From Syntrophorhabdaceae bacterium (GTDB taxonomy: Bacteria; Desulfobacterota; Syntrophorhabdia; Syntrophorhabdales; Syntrophorhabdaceae): a stretch of DNA of 64,000 bases. The DNA lies in NCBI GenBank assembly GCA_963666485.2, contig CAXXUO010000001.1:960001-1024000 (forward strand), written 5' to 3'. The first letter of the stretch is position 1, and the number at the start of each line of letters is the position of its first letter. The notes below the pieces were generated by a model. It did not search any database. It was not told the origin of the DNA and was given only the letters and a program-made list of their open reading frames with translations. Below are positions 1 through 9,680 of the stretch, one piece after another. The position numbers were made by a program, and so were the translations under genes.

Positions 1-1
1 G

Positions 2-247
2 ACATGGAAGGAACGGGGCGATCTGGAAACAGAGCTCAACAACTGGATCCGGCAGTATGTCGCCGACCAGGACAACCCGTCCCCGGGCGTCCGCTCGCGC
101 CGGCCCTTAAGGAAGGCAAGCATACAGGTGTCCGACGTCGAGGGCGAGCCCGGCTGGTACAGGGTAAACATGTCTGTGCAGCCTCACTTTAAGTACATGG
201 GGGCTTCCTTCACGCTTTCTCTCGTTGGAAAGCTGGACAAGGAATAA
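2..247 (+). CDS. tssC: T6SS contractile sheath large subunit, C-terminal fragment (5' truncated by window)
   Basis: Frame 2 (not in ORF track) reads TWKERGDLETELNNWIRQYVADQDNPSPGVRSRRPLRKASIQVSDVEGEPGWYRVNMSVQPHFKYMGASFTLSLVGKLDKE*, a typical TssC/VipB C-terminus; directly upstream of hcp. Confidence 0.93.
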   Translation, partial: TWKERGDLETELNNWIRQYVADQDNPSPGVRSRRPLRKASIQVSDVEGEPGWYRVNMSVQPHFKYMGASFTLSLVGKLDKE

Positions 248-286
248 GAGTAGTCTAGGTGTTCACTAGAAAAAGGAGGGATTTCT

Positions 287-775
287 ATGGCAATGACCTG
301 TTACATGACTATCAAGGCAAAGAACCAGGGGGACATCCAGGGTGACTGTACACAGCAGGGTCGCGAGAACACGATCCTGTGCTATGCCCTCGACCACACG
401 GTAGAGATACCGAGGGACCCGCACACGGGCCTCGCGACGGGCCAGCGCATCCATAAACCGTTCCAGGTTACGACGCACATTGGCAAGCACACGCCCAAGA
501 TCTTTCAGGCATGCTGTACCGGCGAACATATGGATGTCGAGCTCCAGCAGTACAGGATCAACGAAAAAGGACAGGAAGAGAAATACTTCACGGTCAAGCT
601 TCAGAACGCCATCATCGTCGAATCCCGCGAGTGGTACCCGGAAACATTTGTTGAGGAAAACAAGCCGTACAAACACATGGAAGATATCCTTTTCACGTAC
701 GAGACGATAATCTGGACATATGTACCGGATGGCATCGAGGCCCAGGATTCCTGGACAAAGCCTGTCTCGGCATAA
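287..775 (+). CDS. hcp: T6SS tube protein Hcp, copy 1
   Basis: 162 aa; QGDIQG, GLATGQRIHKP, YFTVKLQNAII motifs; AGGAGG RBS. Confidence 0.95.
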   Translation: MAMTCYMTIKAKNQGDIQGDCTQQGRENTILCYALDHTVEIPRDPHTGLATGQRIHKPFQVTTHIGKHTPKIFQACCTGEHMDVELQQYRINEKGQEEKYFTVKLQNAIIVESREWYPETFVEENKPYKHMEDILFTYETIIWTYVPDGIEAQDSWTKPVSA

Positions 776-821
776 CAGATAAGGATCAGAGGGTAAAGCT
801 TTCATCAAGGAGTGATTTGAA

Positions 822-1310
822 ATGGCAATGACGTGTTACATGACCATCAAGGCAAAAAGCCAGGGGGACATCCAGGGGGACTGTACGCAGCAGGGACGCG
901 AGAACACGATCCTGTGCTACGCCCTCGACCACACGGTAGAGATACCGAGGGACACCCACACGGGCCTGGCGACCGGGCAGCGGATCCACAAGCCTCTTGA
1001 GGTGATCACCAATATAGGCAAACATACTCCCAAGATCTTTCAGGCATGCTGCACCGGCGAACATATGGATGTCGAGCTCCAGCAGTACAGGATCAACGAA
1101 AAAGGACAGGAAGAGAAATACTTCACGGTCAAGCTCCAGGAAGCCATTATCGTGTCAGCGCGTGAGTGGTATCCGGAGACTTTCGTTGAAAAGAACAGGC
1201 CTTATAAACATATGCAGGATATTCTTTTCACGTACGAGACGATAATCTGGACGTATGTGCCTGACGGAATAGAGGCCGAGGATTCCTGGAAAAAACCGGT
1301 CGGCTCCTGA
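822..1310 (+). CDS. hcp: T6SS tube protein Hcp, copy 2
   Basis: 162 aa; 16 differences from copy 1 by manual comparison; AAGGAG RBS. Confidence 0.95.
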   Translation: MAMTCYMTIKAKSQGDIQGDCTQQGRENTILCYALDHTVEIPRDTHTGLATGQRIHKPLEVITNIGKHTPKIFQACCTGEHMDVELQQYRINEKGQEEKYFTVKLQEAIIVSAREWYPETFVEKNRPYKHMQDILFTYETIIWTYVPDGIEAEDSWKKPVGS

Positions 1311-1415
1311 TCGGGGAAGATCGCAGGATTCCATTTATGAGGATTTTAAGGGAGGCAGGCGCCGGTTCAACCTCCGGCTCCTGCCTTATACCCTGCGGGC
1401 CCTGTATAGACACCA

Positions 1416-1835
1416 ATGTATGAAGAGCGACTGACCCAGAGAATCCGGAACCTCGAGCGAAAGGACAGCATAAAGGCTGTCGACGACCTGTCTTATATCG
1501 TCAATTCGATCATCAATCATCTTCAAAGGGTCATGAACACGCGCCAGGGAAGCGTCCCCATCGCCGAAGACTACGGTATGCCCGATTTTACGAATTACCA
1601 GGGTCTCGGGATCGATGAGCAGGCGAAGGGGGTCTCCGAGATCATACGGAATATGATCCTGAAATACGAGCCGAGGCTTCACGGGGCCCAGGTGGTCTAT
1701 GAGCCCGACAAGAATGACCTTTTGTCCCTGCGCTTCAAACTCCAGACCGAGATCATCCATGGAAGGGACGAAAAATCCATCGTCGAGCTTGAAACGGTGA
1801 TAAGCTCCGAAGGGAAGGTCAGGGTCGAGAAATAG
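1416..1835 (+). CDS. tssE: T6SS baseplate subunit TssE (gp25-like)
   Basis: HLQRVMNTRQG...DYGMPDF...ILKYEPRL motif; position before tssF. Confidence 0.92.
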   Translation: MYEERLTQRIRNLERKDSIKAVDDLSYIVNSIINHLQRVMNTRQGSVPIAEDYGMPDFTNYQGLGIDEQAKGVSEIIRNMILKYEPRLHGAQVVYEPDKNDLLSLRFKLQTEIIHGRDEKSIVELETVISSEGKVRVEK

Positions 1836-1852
1836 CATGACGAGGGAACGTA

Positions 1853-3589
1853 GTGTTTAATAAATACTACCAGGAGGAACTGCAAAACCTTCGGGAGCTT
1901 GCAGCCGAGTTCTCGAAGACGCACCCGATAGCCGCACCGATGTTGAGCGGGCCGAAGCCCGACCCTGACGTCGAGCGGCTCCTCGAAGGCGTGGCCTTTC
2001 TCAATGGCCTTCTCCAGCAAAAACTGGACGACGAGTTCCCGCAGCTCATCCACAGCCTGATGGACGTGATCTTTCCGCACTACATGAAACCGATCCCGTC
2101 CCTTTCCATCGTTGCCTTCAGGCCGAAACCGGGCCTGATCGAAAGCGTCACCGTCCCGGCAGGCACATCGCTCAACTCCTTGCCGGTCGACGGCACGCCG
2201 TGCACGTTCCGGACATGTTTCGATGTGGAAACACACCCCCTGCACGTCGTTTCGCTCGATAGCCGGTCAAAGAGCACGGGGCAGCCGGAGTCTATGAAAT
2301 TGACGCTCGAACTCACGGGGCCGGGCCTTGACCGCTGGAACCCGAAGGGAGTGTCTTTCCTCAATGGCGGCACGTATTCACAGGGGGCCGATGTCTTCTC
2401 ATTGTTGACGCGCTACCTCAAAAGGATCGTGCTGCACCCCCTGGAAGGCGGCAGCGACTGCGTGCTTCCCCCCGAGTGCATGGTGCCGACGGGTTTTGAA
2501 CCAAACAATTCACTTTTCCCTTTCCCGGCGCAATCCTTTTACGGGTACCGGCTCCTCCAGGAATATTTTATCATGCCGGCCAAATTCCTCTTCCTCAACC
2601 TTACCGGCTGGGAAAGGTGGCGGGACCGGGGGTCGGGGTCCCGGTTCGAGGTCATCTTCGAGTTCGAACCATCATCGATCCACATTCCACCGGTCACGGC
2701 AGACAATTTCGTCCTCTTCTGCACCCCGGTCATCAACCTTTTCCCCATGGAGGCCGAACCCGTCATCCTCGACCACAGGGAAGGCAGGATACGCGTAAGG
2801 CCCGCTGCAAAGGAGCACGATCATTATCACGTCTACGGCGTTACCGAGGTGGTCGGGTACAGCCGGGGCAGCGTCGAGAAGACGACGTACCTGCCACTCG
2901 ACCTTTTCAGGACACTCGAGTCCGCCGAAGCGACCTACCAGATGATGCGCTACCGCTCGCCTGTCGATGACTCCATCGACGTGTACCTGGCTTTTCCGTA
3001 CGACACGAAAGGACCGGAACCCAAGGCCCAGACGTTATCGATATCTATCACGTGCACGAACGGACAGCTTCCGGAAAAACTTCAATTCGGGGATATCCGT
3101 GTCGAAACGTCCGATTCACCGGCCCTTCTGACATTCGGGAACGTCATCCCGCCGAGCTATTATATCGAGCCGCCCCACGGCCGGAACGTCCTGTGGAAGT
3201 TCCTGTCCCATCTCACGCTCAATTTCCTGTCCATCGCGAATGCCGGCAACCTGAAGGAACTCCTCACGCTGTACGTGCTCGAAGAAGGCAGGGACAGGGC
3301 CCGGATATCGGCAAATTTGCGTGAGATCGAGGGAATAACCGATCTTTCGCTCACAGCGACGCGCCGTCTTGTCAGGGGAAACATGGTCCAGGGACAGGAC
3401 GTCGGCCTTTCCGCCAACCGGGACTATTTCGCGAGCATGGGCAACCTTCTTCTTTTTGTCAACGTGCTCGATCATTTCTTCGGGGCATACAGTGCGATGC
3501 ACAGCTTCACGCACATGAACCTGAAAGAGATAACGACGGGCGAGGCCTTTACCTGGCCGCACCGGATGGGGACGCGATGCCTGGCGTAA
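1853..3589 (+). CDS. tssF: T6SS baseplate subunit TssF
   Basis: YYQEELQNLRELAAEF, DPDVERLLEGVAFL, LFCTPVINLF; GTG start. Confidence 0.95.
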   Translation: MFNKYYQEELQNLRELAAEFSKTHPIAAPMLSGPKPDPDVERLLEGVAFLNGLLQQKLDDEFPQLIHSLMDVIFPHYMKPIPSLSIVAFRPKPGLIESVTVPAGTSLNSLPVDGTPCTFRTCFDVETHPLHVVSLDSRSKSTGQPESMKLTLELTGPGLDRWNPKGVSFLNGGTYSQGADVFSLLTRYLKRIVLHPLEGGSDCVLPPECMVPTGFEPNNSLFPFPAQSFYGYRLLQEYFIMPAKFLFLNLTGWERWRDRGSGSRFEVIFEFEPSSIHIPPVTADNFVLFCTPVINLFPMEAEPVILDHREGRIRVRPAAKEHDHYHVYGVTEVVGYSRGSVEKTTYLPLDLFRTLESAEATYQMMRYRSPVDDSIDVYLAFPYDTKGPEPKAQTLSISITCTNGQLPEKLQFGDIRVETSDSPALLTFGNVIPPSYYIEPPHGRNVLWKFLSHLTLNFLSIANAGNLKELLTLYVLEEGRDRARISANLREIEGITDLSLTATRRLVRGNMVQGQDVGLSANRDYFASMGNLLLFVNVLDHFFGAYSAMHSFTHMNLKEITTGEAFTWPHRMGTRCLA

Positions 3590-4560
3590 GAGAAGACATC
3601 CTCAAGAACAGCTCATCGTACTCATTCATACAGGCGATCAGGCTCCTTGGTTATTACCTGCGCGTGCAGGGCGATGAATTCGAAGGGGTCATGCGACGCA
3701 AGATACGCGTGCACCCGCAGCTTTCGCTCGATTTTCCCGGAACGGATATCATTTCCATAGAACAAAAGGCGACCGATCCTGATAAATATTTCATAACCGC
3801 TACTTTCCTCGGCCTTTACGGGGCGTCGTCGCCCCTGCCCACCTTCTATACCGAGGACCTCCTCGACGAAGCGTCCGAGGACAAAAGCATTTCCCGGGAT
3901 TTCCTTGACATCATAAATTCACCCGCATACGTGCTTTTCTTTAAATGCTGGGCAAAATACAGCTTTGTTTACAGCCTTGTCGAGAGCCGCCGCGATGACC
4001 TGCTCGAGCGGCTTTTCTGCCTTCTCGGGTTTGGAACGGAGAAAATACGCCAAAGCGTTCGCTATCCCACGCAGCTTTTGCGGTATATCGGGATTGCCAC
4101 CCAGATGCCCCGGTCCGCGGAAGGGCTGCGTGCATTGATCAGCGACGTCATTTCCGAGCCCACCATAGACATCGAACAATGCATCCCCGCACAGGTCGAA
4201 ATACCGGCCGACCAGCGGTGCATTCTCGGCAGAAGGGGGCATCGCCTGGGTGAAGATGCATCGATCGGTGCATTTGTAGCGGATGCCACGGGAAAATTCC
4301 GCATACATGCGGGGCCGCTGGCGGAGAAGAAATTACAGGAGCTGCTGCCCGGCGGCGAACCTTTTGCCCTCATCGGTAACTTTGTCGAATATTATCTCGA
4401 TCAGCCCCTCGATTGGGACGTGGAGATCGAGGTGCATGAGGCCGAGATCAACCCGATCAACCTCGGGCATGCCGACTGCTGCCGGCTGGGATGGAACACG
4501 TGGCTTGGAAGCGATTCGGGGTATCCCGAAAATCGGGTCAGGCTCGCATCAGGATATTAA
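3577..4560 (+). CDS. tssG: T6SS baseplate subunit TssG
   Basis: YSFIQAIRLL, FLGLYGASSPLPTFYTE, RLGWNTWL; overlaps tssF end. Confidence 0.95.
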   Translation: MPGVREDILKNSSSYSFIQAIRLLGYYLRVQGDEFEGVMRRKIRVHPQLSLDFPGTDIISIEQKATDPDKYFITATFLGLYGASSPLPTFYTEDLLDEASEDKSISRDFLDIINSPAYVLFFKCWAKYSFVYSLVESRRDDLLERLFCLLGFGTEKIRQSVRYPTQLLRYIGIATQMPRSAEGLRALISDVISEPTIDIEQCIPAQVEIPADQRCILGRRGHRLGEDASIGAFVADATGKFRIHAGPLAEKKLQELLPGGEPFALIGNFVEYYLDQPLDWDVEIEVHEAEINPINLGHADCCRLGWNTWLGSDSGYPENRVRLASGY

Positions 4561-4575
4561 ATAAAGGAGACGGAA

Positions 4576-7200
4576 ATGCTGACAGTGGATATCAAATCGC
4601 TTTTGATGAGGCTCAACGATTACAGCGCGGCGGCAATGCAGTCCGCTGCCGGCCTGTGCGTCTCGAGGACCCATTACGAGATAACGATAGAGCACCTCAT
4701 CGCAAAGCTCCTCGAAAATCCCAACAGCGACTGGCCCCTGGCATTTGCACGGCTCAATGCGGATTCCGCAAAGATAGCCCGGGCCGTCGAGGCGACCCTC
4801 GAAGATTTCAAGACCGGCAATGCCGCAAAGCCTGTTTTTTCGCCACTGCTTCTCGAGTTGATCCAGGATGCCTGGCTTATCTCTTCGATCGATCTCGAAG
4901 AAAGAAAGGTCCGTTCCGGGGCCATACTCCTCGCATTTCTTTCCAAGCCGACCTTCTTCGCGTCCGGGCGATACGCGGACCTCATAAAATCGATCAGCAG
5001 GGACGCCCTCGCCAACGATTTCTGGACCGTAACCAAGGGATCCATTGAAATAGACCGGACGCAGGTGAAGGAAGCTGCGGGAGACGAAGCTCCGGGCAGC
5101 CAGGGCGGGACATTTATCGACAAATACTGCGCCGATTTTACGGACAAGGCGGCCCGCGGTGAGATCGACCCGGTCTTCGGGCGGGATTCAGAAATACGCC
5201 AGATGATAGACATTCTCGGGAGGCGCAGGAAAAACAACCCGATCTGTGTCGGCGAGCCGGGTGTCGGCAAAACGGCTGTCGTCGAAGGTATGGCGCTTCG
5301 CATAACGGAAGGCGATGTCCCGGACATGCTCAAGAATGTTTCCCTCATCGGCCTTGACATGGGCCTGCTTGAGGCGGGTGCGGGCATGAAAGGAGAATTT
5401 GAGAACCGCCTGAAAGGGGTCATCAACGATATCAAGGCATCGGAAAGGCCGATCATTTTATTTATCGACGAGGCGCACACGCTCATCGGCGCCGGCGGGA
5501 CCGCCGGCGGATCGGATGCGGCAAATCTCCTGAAACCGGCCCTCGCCCGGGGTGAACTGCGTACGATCGCGGCCACGACCTGGACGGAATATAAGAAATA
5601 CTTCGAAAAAGACCCCGCGCTTGCACGGCGTTTTCAGCTCGTGAAGCTCGATGAACCGGCGGTCGATTCGACTGTCCTCATGCTGCGGGGCCTCAAGGCA
5701 AGCTATGAAAAAGCGCATAACGTGGTCGTGCGCGATGATGCGGCGGTTGCCTCCGCGGAGCTTTCCGACCGTTACATAACGGGACGGTTCCTGCCGGACA
5801 AGGCGATAGACCTTCTCGATACGAGCTGTGCCCGCGTGAAGATCAACCTGACCGCGAAACCGGCCCGCCTCGAGGACCTGGAGCGGTCGATCCAGGCGTG
5901 CGACCGCGAGATATCGGCGATCGACCGCGACAGGGACAACAAGGTCACCGTCGACGAGGAGGCGTACCGGGAAGTCGTTGCGAAAAAAGAAAAGCTCATC
6001 AAAGAATCAGACGAGTTGAGAGAGCTGTGGCTCAAGGAAAAGGAAGCCGCGGCAAAGGTCGTCGAGATACGCCAGAAGATAAATGCCGCCGCAAAAGATA
6101 ACGGGGAGCGCGACGAGCTCTTCAAGGAACTCGAAGAAGCAACGGCGGGCCTCAAGGCCATCCAGGGTGATACCCCCAACATCCAGATCGAGGTCGATCC
6201 GGACGTCGTCGCCCAGGTGGTGTCGGACTGGACCGGGATACCGCTCGGCAAGGTCCTCAAGGATGAGGCAAAAACGATCATTGAGCTTGAAGACCGGCTC
6301 AAGGAGCGGATCAAGGGCCAGGAGTTCGCAATGTCGACCCTTGCCGAAGCGATCCGGGCCTCTAAGGCCGGCATCAAGAACCCGAGCCAGCCGATGGGCG
6401 TCTTTCTTTTCGTCGGCCCAAGCGGCGTCGGGAAGACGGAAACAGGCCTCGTCCTCGCCGACCTTCTGTTCGGCAGCGAGCGCCACGTGGTCACGATCAA
6501 TATGAGTGAATTCCAAGAAGGCCACACGGTGAGCCGCCTCATCGGTTCCCCGCCGGGCTACGTCGGGTACGGGGAAGGCGGCATGCTGACCGAGGCCGTG
6601 CGCCAGAAACCCTATAGCGTCGTCCTGCTCGACGAGTGTGAAAAGGCGCATACGGACGTCATGAACCTTTTCTACCAGGTGTTCGACAAGGGAATGCTCA
6701 CGGATGGCGAGGGAAAAGAGATAAATTTCCGCAACACCATCATTATTTTGACAAGCAACCTCGCATCCGACGTCATTCACGAGATGACATCCGCCGATGA
6801 CCGTCCGTCCGCTGACGTTCTGACAAGCGCGATACGCCCGATACTGTCAGCCCATTTCAAGCCCGCGCTCCTCGCGCGCATGTCGATCGTCCCCTACTTC
6901 GACCTCGGCAAGGACGCGATGCGGATGATCGTCGAGCTGAAGCTCGGGAAGGTCGCAGAGACGCTCATGGCCAACAACCGGATGCGCATGTCGTACACCC
7001 CTGCGGTGGCCGACCAGATCGCCCAGCGCTGCACCGAGGTTGAGACCGGTGCACGCAACATAGAGTACATATTGAGCGGGAACATACTGCCGCGTCTGGC
7101 CCAGGAGATACTCGGCCATATGAGCGAGGGCGGCATGCCCGCCACCGTGAATCTCGATGTGGATGACACCGGGGCCTTCACGTTCAAGTTCGGACAATAA
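4576..7200 (+). CDS. tssH: T6SS AAA+ ATPase ClpV/TssH
   Basis: Two Walker A motifs (GEPGVGKT, GPSGVGKT); ClpV-type N-terminus (AAGLCVSRTHYEITIEH); T6SS context. Confidence 0.96.
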   Translation: MLTVDIKSLLMRLNDYSAAAMQSAAGLCVSRTHYEITIEHLIAKLLENPNSDWPLAFARLNADSAKIARAVEATLEDFKTGNAAKPVFSPLLLELIQDAWLISSIDLEERKVRSGAILLAFLSKPTFFASGRYADLIKSISRDALANDFWTVTKGSIEIDRTQVKEAAGDEAPGSQGGTFIDKYCADFTDKAARGEIDPVFGRDSEIRQMIDILGRRRKNNPICVGEPGVGKTAVVEGMALRITEGDVPDMLKNVSLIGLDMGLLEAGAGMKGEFENRLKGVINDIKASERPIILFIDEAHTLIGAGGTAGGSDAANLLKPALARGELRTIAATTWTEYKKYFEKDPALARRFQLVKLDEPAVDSTVLMLRGLKASYEKAHNVVVRDDAAVASAELSDRYITGRFLPDKAIDLLDTSCARVKINLTAKPARLEDLERSIQACDREISAIDRDRDNKVTVDEEAYREVVAKKEKLIKESDELRELWLKEKEAAAKVVEIRQKINAAAKDNGERDELFKELEEATAGLKAIQGDTPNIQIEVDPDVVAQVVSDWTGIPLGKVLKDEAKTIIELEDRLKERIKGQEFAMSTLAEAIRASKAGIKNPSQPMGVFLFVGPSGVGKTETGLVLADLLFGSERHVVTINMSEFQEGHTVSRLIGSPPGYVGYGEGGMLTEAVRQKPYSVVLLDECEKAHTDVMNLFYQVFDKGMLTDGEGKEINFRNTIIILTSNLASDVIHEMTSADDRPSADVLTSAIRPILSAHFKPALLARMSIVPYFDLGKDAMRMIVELKLGKVAETLMANNRMRMSYTPAVADQIAQRCTEVETGARNIEYILSGNILPRLAQEILGHMSEGGMPATVNLDVDDTGAFTFKFGQ

Positions 7201-7232
7201 TATGACAGCGATGCCGGTGAGGAGGGGCCCTC

Positions 7233-8801
7233 ATGGACATACCGTATAAACCTTTTACGATCCTGGTCGTCGGGTCTTTCGCGCCAATCCCGGACGGGCC
7301 GCAGCGCGTGAAGATCCTCCCGGTCGATACCGTGAATGAAAGCCTGTCAGCACTCCGCCCGGCGGTATGGATACCGGTTGTGAAAGAGATATGCCCGGCC
7401 GGCGGTGTCGGGATATCGCCCGAAAAGATGAAGGACTTCACGCCGCAGGGCATGATGGGCCAGGTCGCATACCTGAAAGACCTCGGTGATGCACGGGATG
7501 TGATCACACGGTCGGCAGGCATGCCGCCGGAGAACGTAGCCGCGGCCATCGGTGAGAAGTGGCCCGAACTGCCCCTTGACCTCACAATCCCCCCCGCAGC
7601 GGCCAGGTCACAGTCGGGCACTGTCGACAACATCCTGTCCATGGTTGCCTCCGAAGGAAGTTCGGGCACTGTCAGTCACGGCGCCATGGAAGGCTCCCGG
7701 GCCTTATCGGTCCAGATCGAGAGGCTCATCGCCGGCGTCATGACGGCGATCTTTTCAGATGGATCTTTCCGGGAGCTCGAGGCCGCCTGGCGCGGTATCG
7801 AGCTCATCACAAAGCAGGGGCCTGCCGGCGGTACGAAAGAGACGCGCCTCGCGATCGTGAACACGCCCCGGGACGGGCTCGTCGACGCCCTGAGAGAACT
7901 TGGAGAAGTGCTGGAGAATGACCCGCCCGACCTTATGCTCGTCGACTTTGTCTTCGACAATTCCCCCGTCAGTATGGAATTGCTCGAAGAGGCGGCATCC
8001 TTGGCCCAAAACCTCATCGTCCCCGCAGTCGTCAACGCTTCGGCCGGCTTTCTCGGCCTGAAAGACTGGAACGAGATACATCACCTGCCGATGCTCGCTC
8101 ATTACATAGAGGACAACCCCGTTTACGCACAATGGTCGAAACTGCGCAAGGACCCGCGCGCGAACTGGCTCGCTGCCGCCTGCAACGAACTCGGCACCCG
8201 GCAGGCGTATGAAAAGGATTCAGGTGTCCGTGGTGTCAGCTTTGAGGAAGGGTCCCCGCCATGGGTCCATCCGGTCTATGCAGTCGGTGCGCTTGCCGCT
8301 CAGAGTCTAGCGCTTTCCGGATGGCCGTCGCGCCTTGTCGATGTGCAGAATGTGCGTCTCGAGGGCCTCGCCCTCCACAGATTCGAGGACGGCACAGAGG
8401 GTTCCACTGCGGCGGTGTTCTCTGTCGACAGGGTGCGCCAGCTTGGCGATATCGGCCTCATGCCGCTCACCGGGGCCGCCATGAAGGACATGGCCTTCCT
8501 TCCCTCGGCCCGGGCCATATCGGGGGAGGCGCTTGCCTTCCAGATGTTCTTCTCCCGCCTGACCGGGTTTCTCATCCGCTTGCGCGAAGAGACCGGGGCG
8601 TCAATACTTGAGGATGATGCCGCATCCTGGTTGACCCGGGCTTTTGAGACTTTCTTTCGCCTCACGGGCGGAACTCAACCGGGGGACCTGTCCGTCAGCG
8701 CATCGATGAATGAGGGAAGGCTGATATTCACAATAAGCCTTACCCCTCCGGCGACGATCTTAAGCGGTACAAGGAGGATATCATTCACATTCGCCTGGTA
8801 G
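7233..8801 (+). CDS. Divergent sheath-related protein, TssB-like N-terminus fused to TssC-like domain
   Basis: N-term PFTILVVGSF...MKDFTPQGMMGQVAYLKDL resembles TssB/VipA; IERLIAGVMTAIFSDGSFRELEAAWRGIELI and WSKLRKDPRANWL resemble TssC/VipB. Confidence 0.7.
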   Translation: MDIPYKPFTILVVGSFAPIPDGPQRVKILPVDTVNESLSALRPAVWIPVVKEICPAGGVGISPEKMKDFTPQGMMGQVAYLKDLGDARDVITRSAGMPPENVAAAIGEKWPELPLDLTIPPAAARSQSGTVDNILSMVASEGSSGTVSHGAMEGSRALSVQIERLIAGVMTAIFSDGSFRELEAAWRGIELITKQGPAGGTKETRLAIVNTPRDGLVDALRELGEVLENDPPDLMLVDFVFDNSPVSMELLEEAASLAQNLIVPAVVNASAGFLGLKDWNEIHHLPMLAHYIEDNPVYAQWSKLRKDPRANWLAAACNELGTRQAYEKDSGVRGVSFEEGSPPWVHPVYAVGALAAQSLALSGWPSRLVDVQNVRLEGLALHRFEDGTEGSTAAVFSVDRVRQLGDIGLMPLTGAAMKDMAFLPSARAISGEALAFQMFFSRLTGFLIRLREETGASILEDDAASWLTRAFETFFRLTGGTQPGDLSVSASMNEGRLIFTISLTPPATILSGTRRISFTFAW

Positions 8802-9679
8802 CGTGTATCGCCGTCTGCATGGCCCTTTTCGTATCCGGCTGCGGCGGCGGGAAGACAGCAAAACCCGCTCCAAAACCTCCCGAGCTAAAGAGGGATTACA
8901 AGGACCATGACCCCATAAAGAAGGTCAAGCCCGGCATATTCCCCGGGGATGATGCATCCTGGACAGATGTCGACGGCTCGACACGCCGGAAGGCGTTCTT
9001 CAATGACCGGCTCACGCTGGAGATCGTCGAATCGCAGAAATCGGGCCTGACCGGGAACATTACGACGGGCCACCGGTTCAATGATACCGTCGGGTACATC
9101 GTGGCGGGAAGCGCCATGGTGACCGTCGGCAAGGAAACGAAGCAGATCTCTGCGGGCGGCGCGTTCGTCGTTCCTTCAAATGTACCGTACGGGGTTATCC
9201 CCGCATCGGATAAGGCGACAATTATCTACGCATATACCCCACCGCGCGAAGACCTGCGGCCGACTGCCCCTGCGGTCCGGCGCTTCCCCGACAACGAGAT
9301 AAAAAGCATCGTTTACAAATGGTTCGCCCTGTTCGACGAAAAGGCGAATGTCGCCAATCTCCTGGAATATATCGCCGAAACGGGCCTTTCCATGGAAATG
9401 GCGGACAAGAAGAAGGTCAATTCCTGGGCGCAATTCCAGGACTGGTACGCAAAATGGGCAAGCCAGGTCGATTCCTTCACGAGTACGGTCGATTCCGTCG
9501 CGGTCGGTTTTGATTATAACACAGGCCATTACAGGGCGGAGGCGACCGTGCGCTCGACGACAAAGACCCGTTCAGGCAAAAAGCTCACCAGTAAATGCCA
9601 GGTCACCATGGACCTCGTCGATACGAACTGGGGTGATGCGCCGAAGATAATCACGTACAAGGAAACGGAAATAAAGTAA
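8783..9679 (+). CDS. Lipoprotein with cupin domain and C-terminal NTF2/SnoaL-like domain (probable ATT start at 8783; track start 8819)
   Basis: Lipobox FVSG-C; cupin pattern GYIVAGSAMVTVG...AGGAFVVPSNVPYG; C-term IKSIVYKWFALFD...FQDWY; AAGGAGG at 8771-8777. Confidence 0.6.
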   Translation: MHIRLVACIAVCMALFVSGCGGGKTAKPAPKPPELKRDYKDHDPIKKVKPGIFPGDDASWTDVDGSTRRKAFFNDRLTLEIVESQKSGLTGNITTGHRFNDTVGYIVAGSAMVTVGKETKQISAGGAFVVPSNVPYGVIPASDKATIIYAYTPPREDLRPTAPAVRRFPDNEIKSIVYKWFALFDEKANVANLLEYIAETGLSMEMADKKKVNSWAQFQDWYAKWASQVDSFTSTVDSVAVGFDYNTGHYRAEATVRSTTKTRSGKKLTSKCQVTMDLVDTNWGDAPKIITYKETEIK

Positions 9680-9680
9680 C

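Noticed and set aside
4..192. 62-aa ORF at the window start
   Set aside because: Wrong frame; frame 2 encodes the TssC C-terminus
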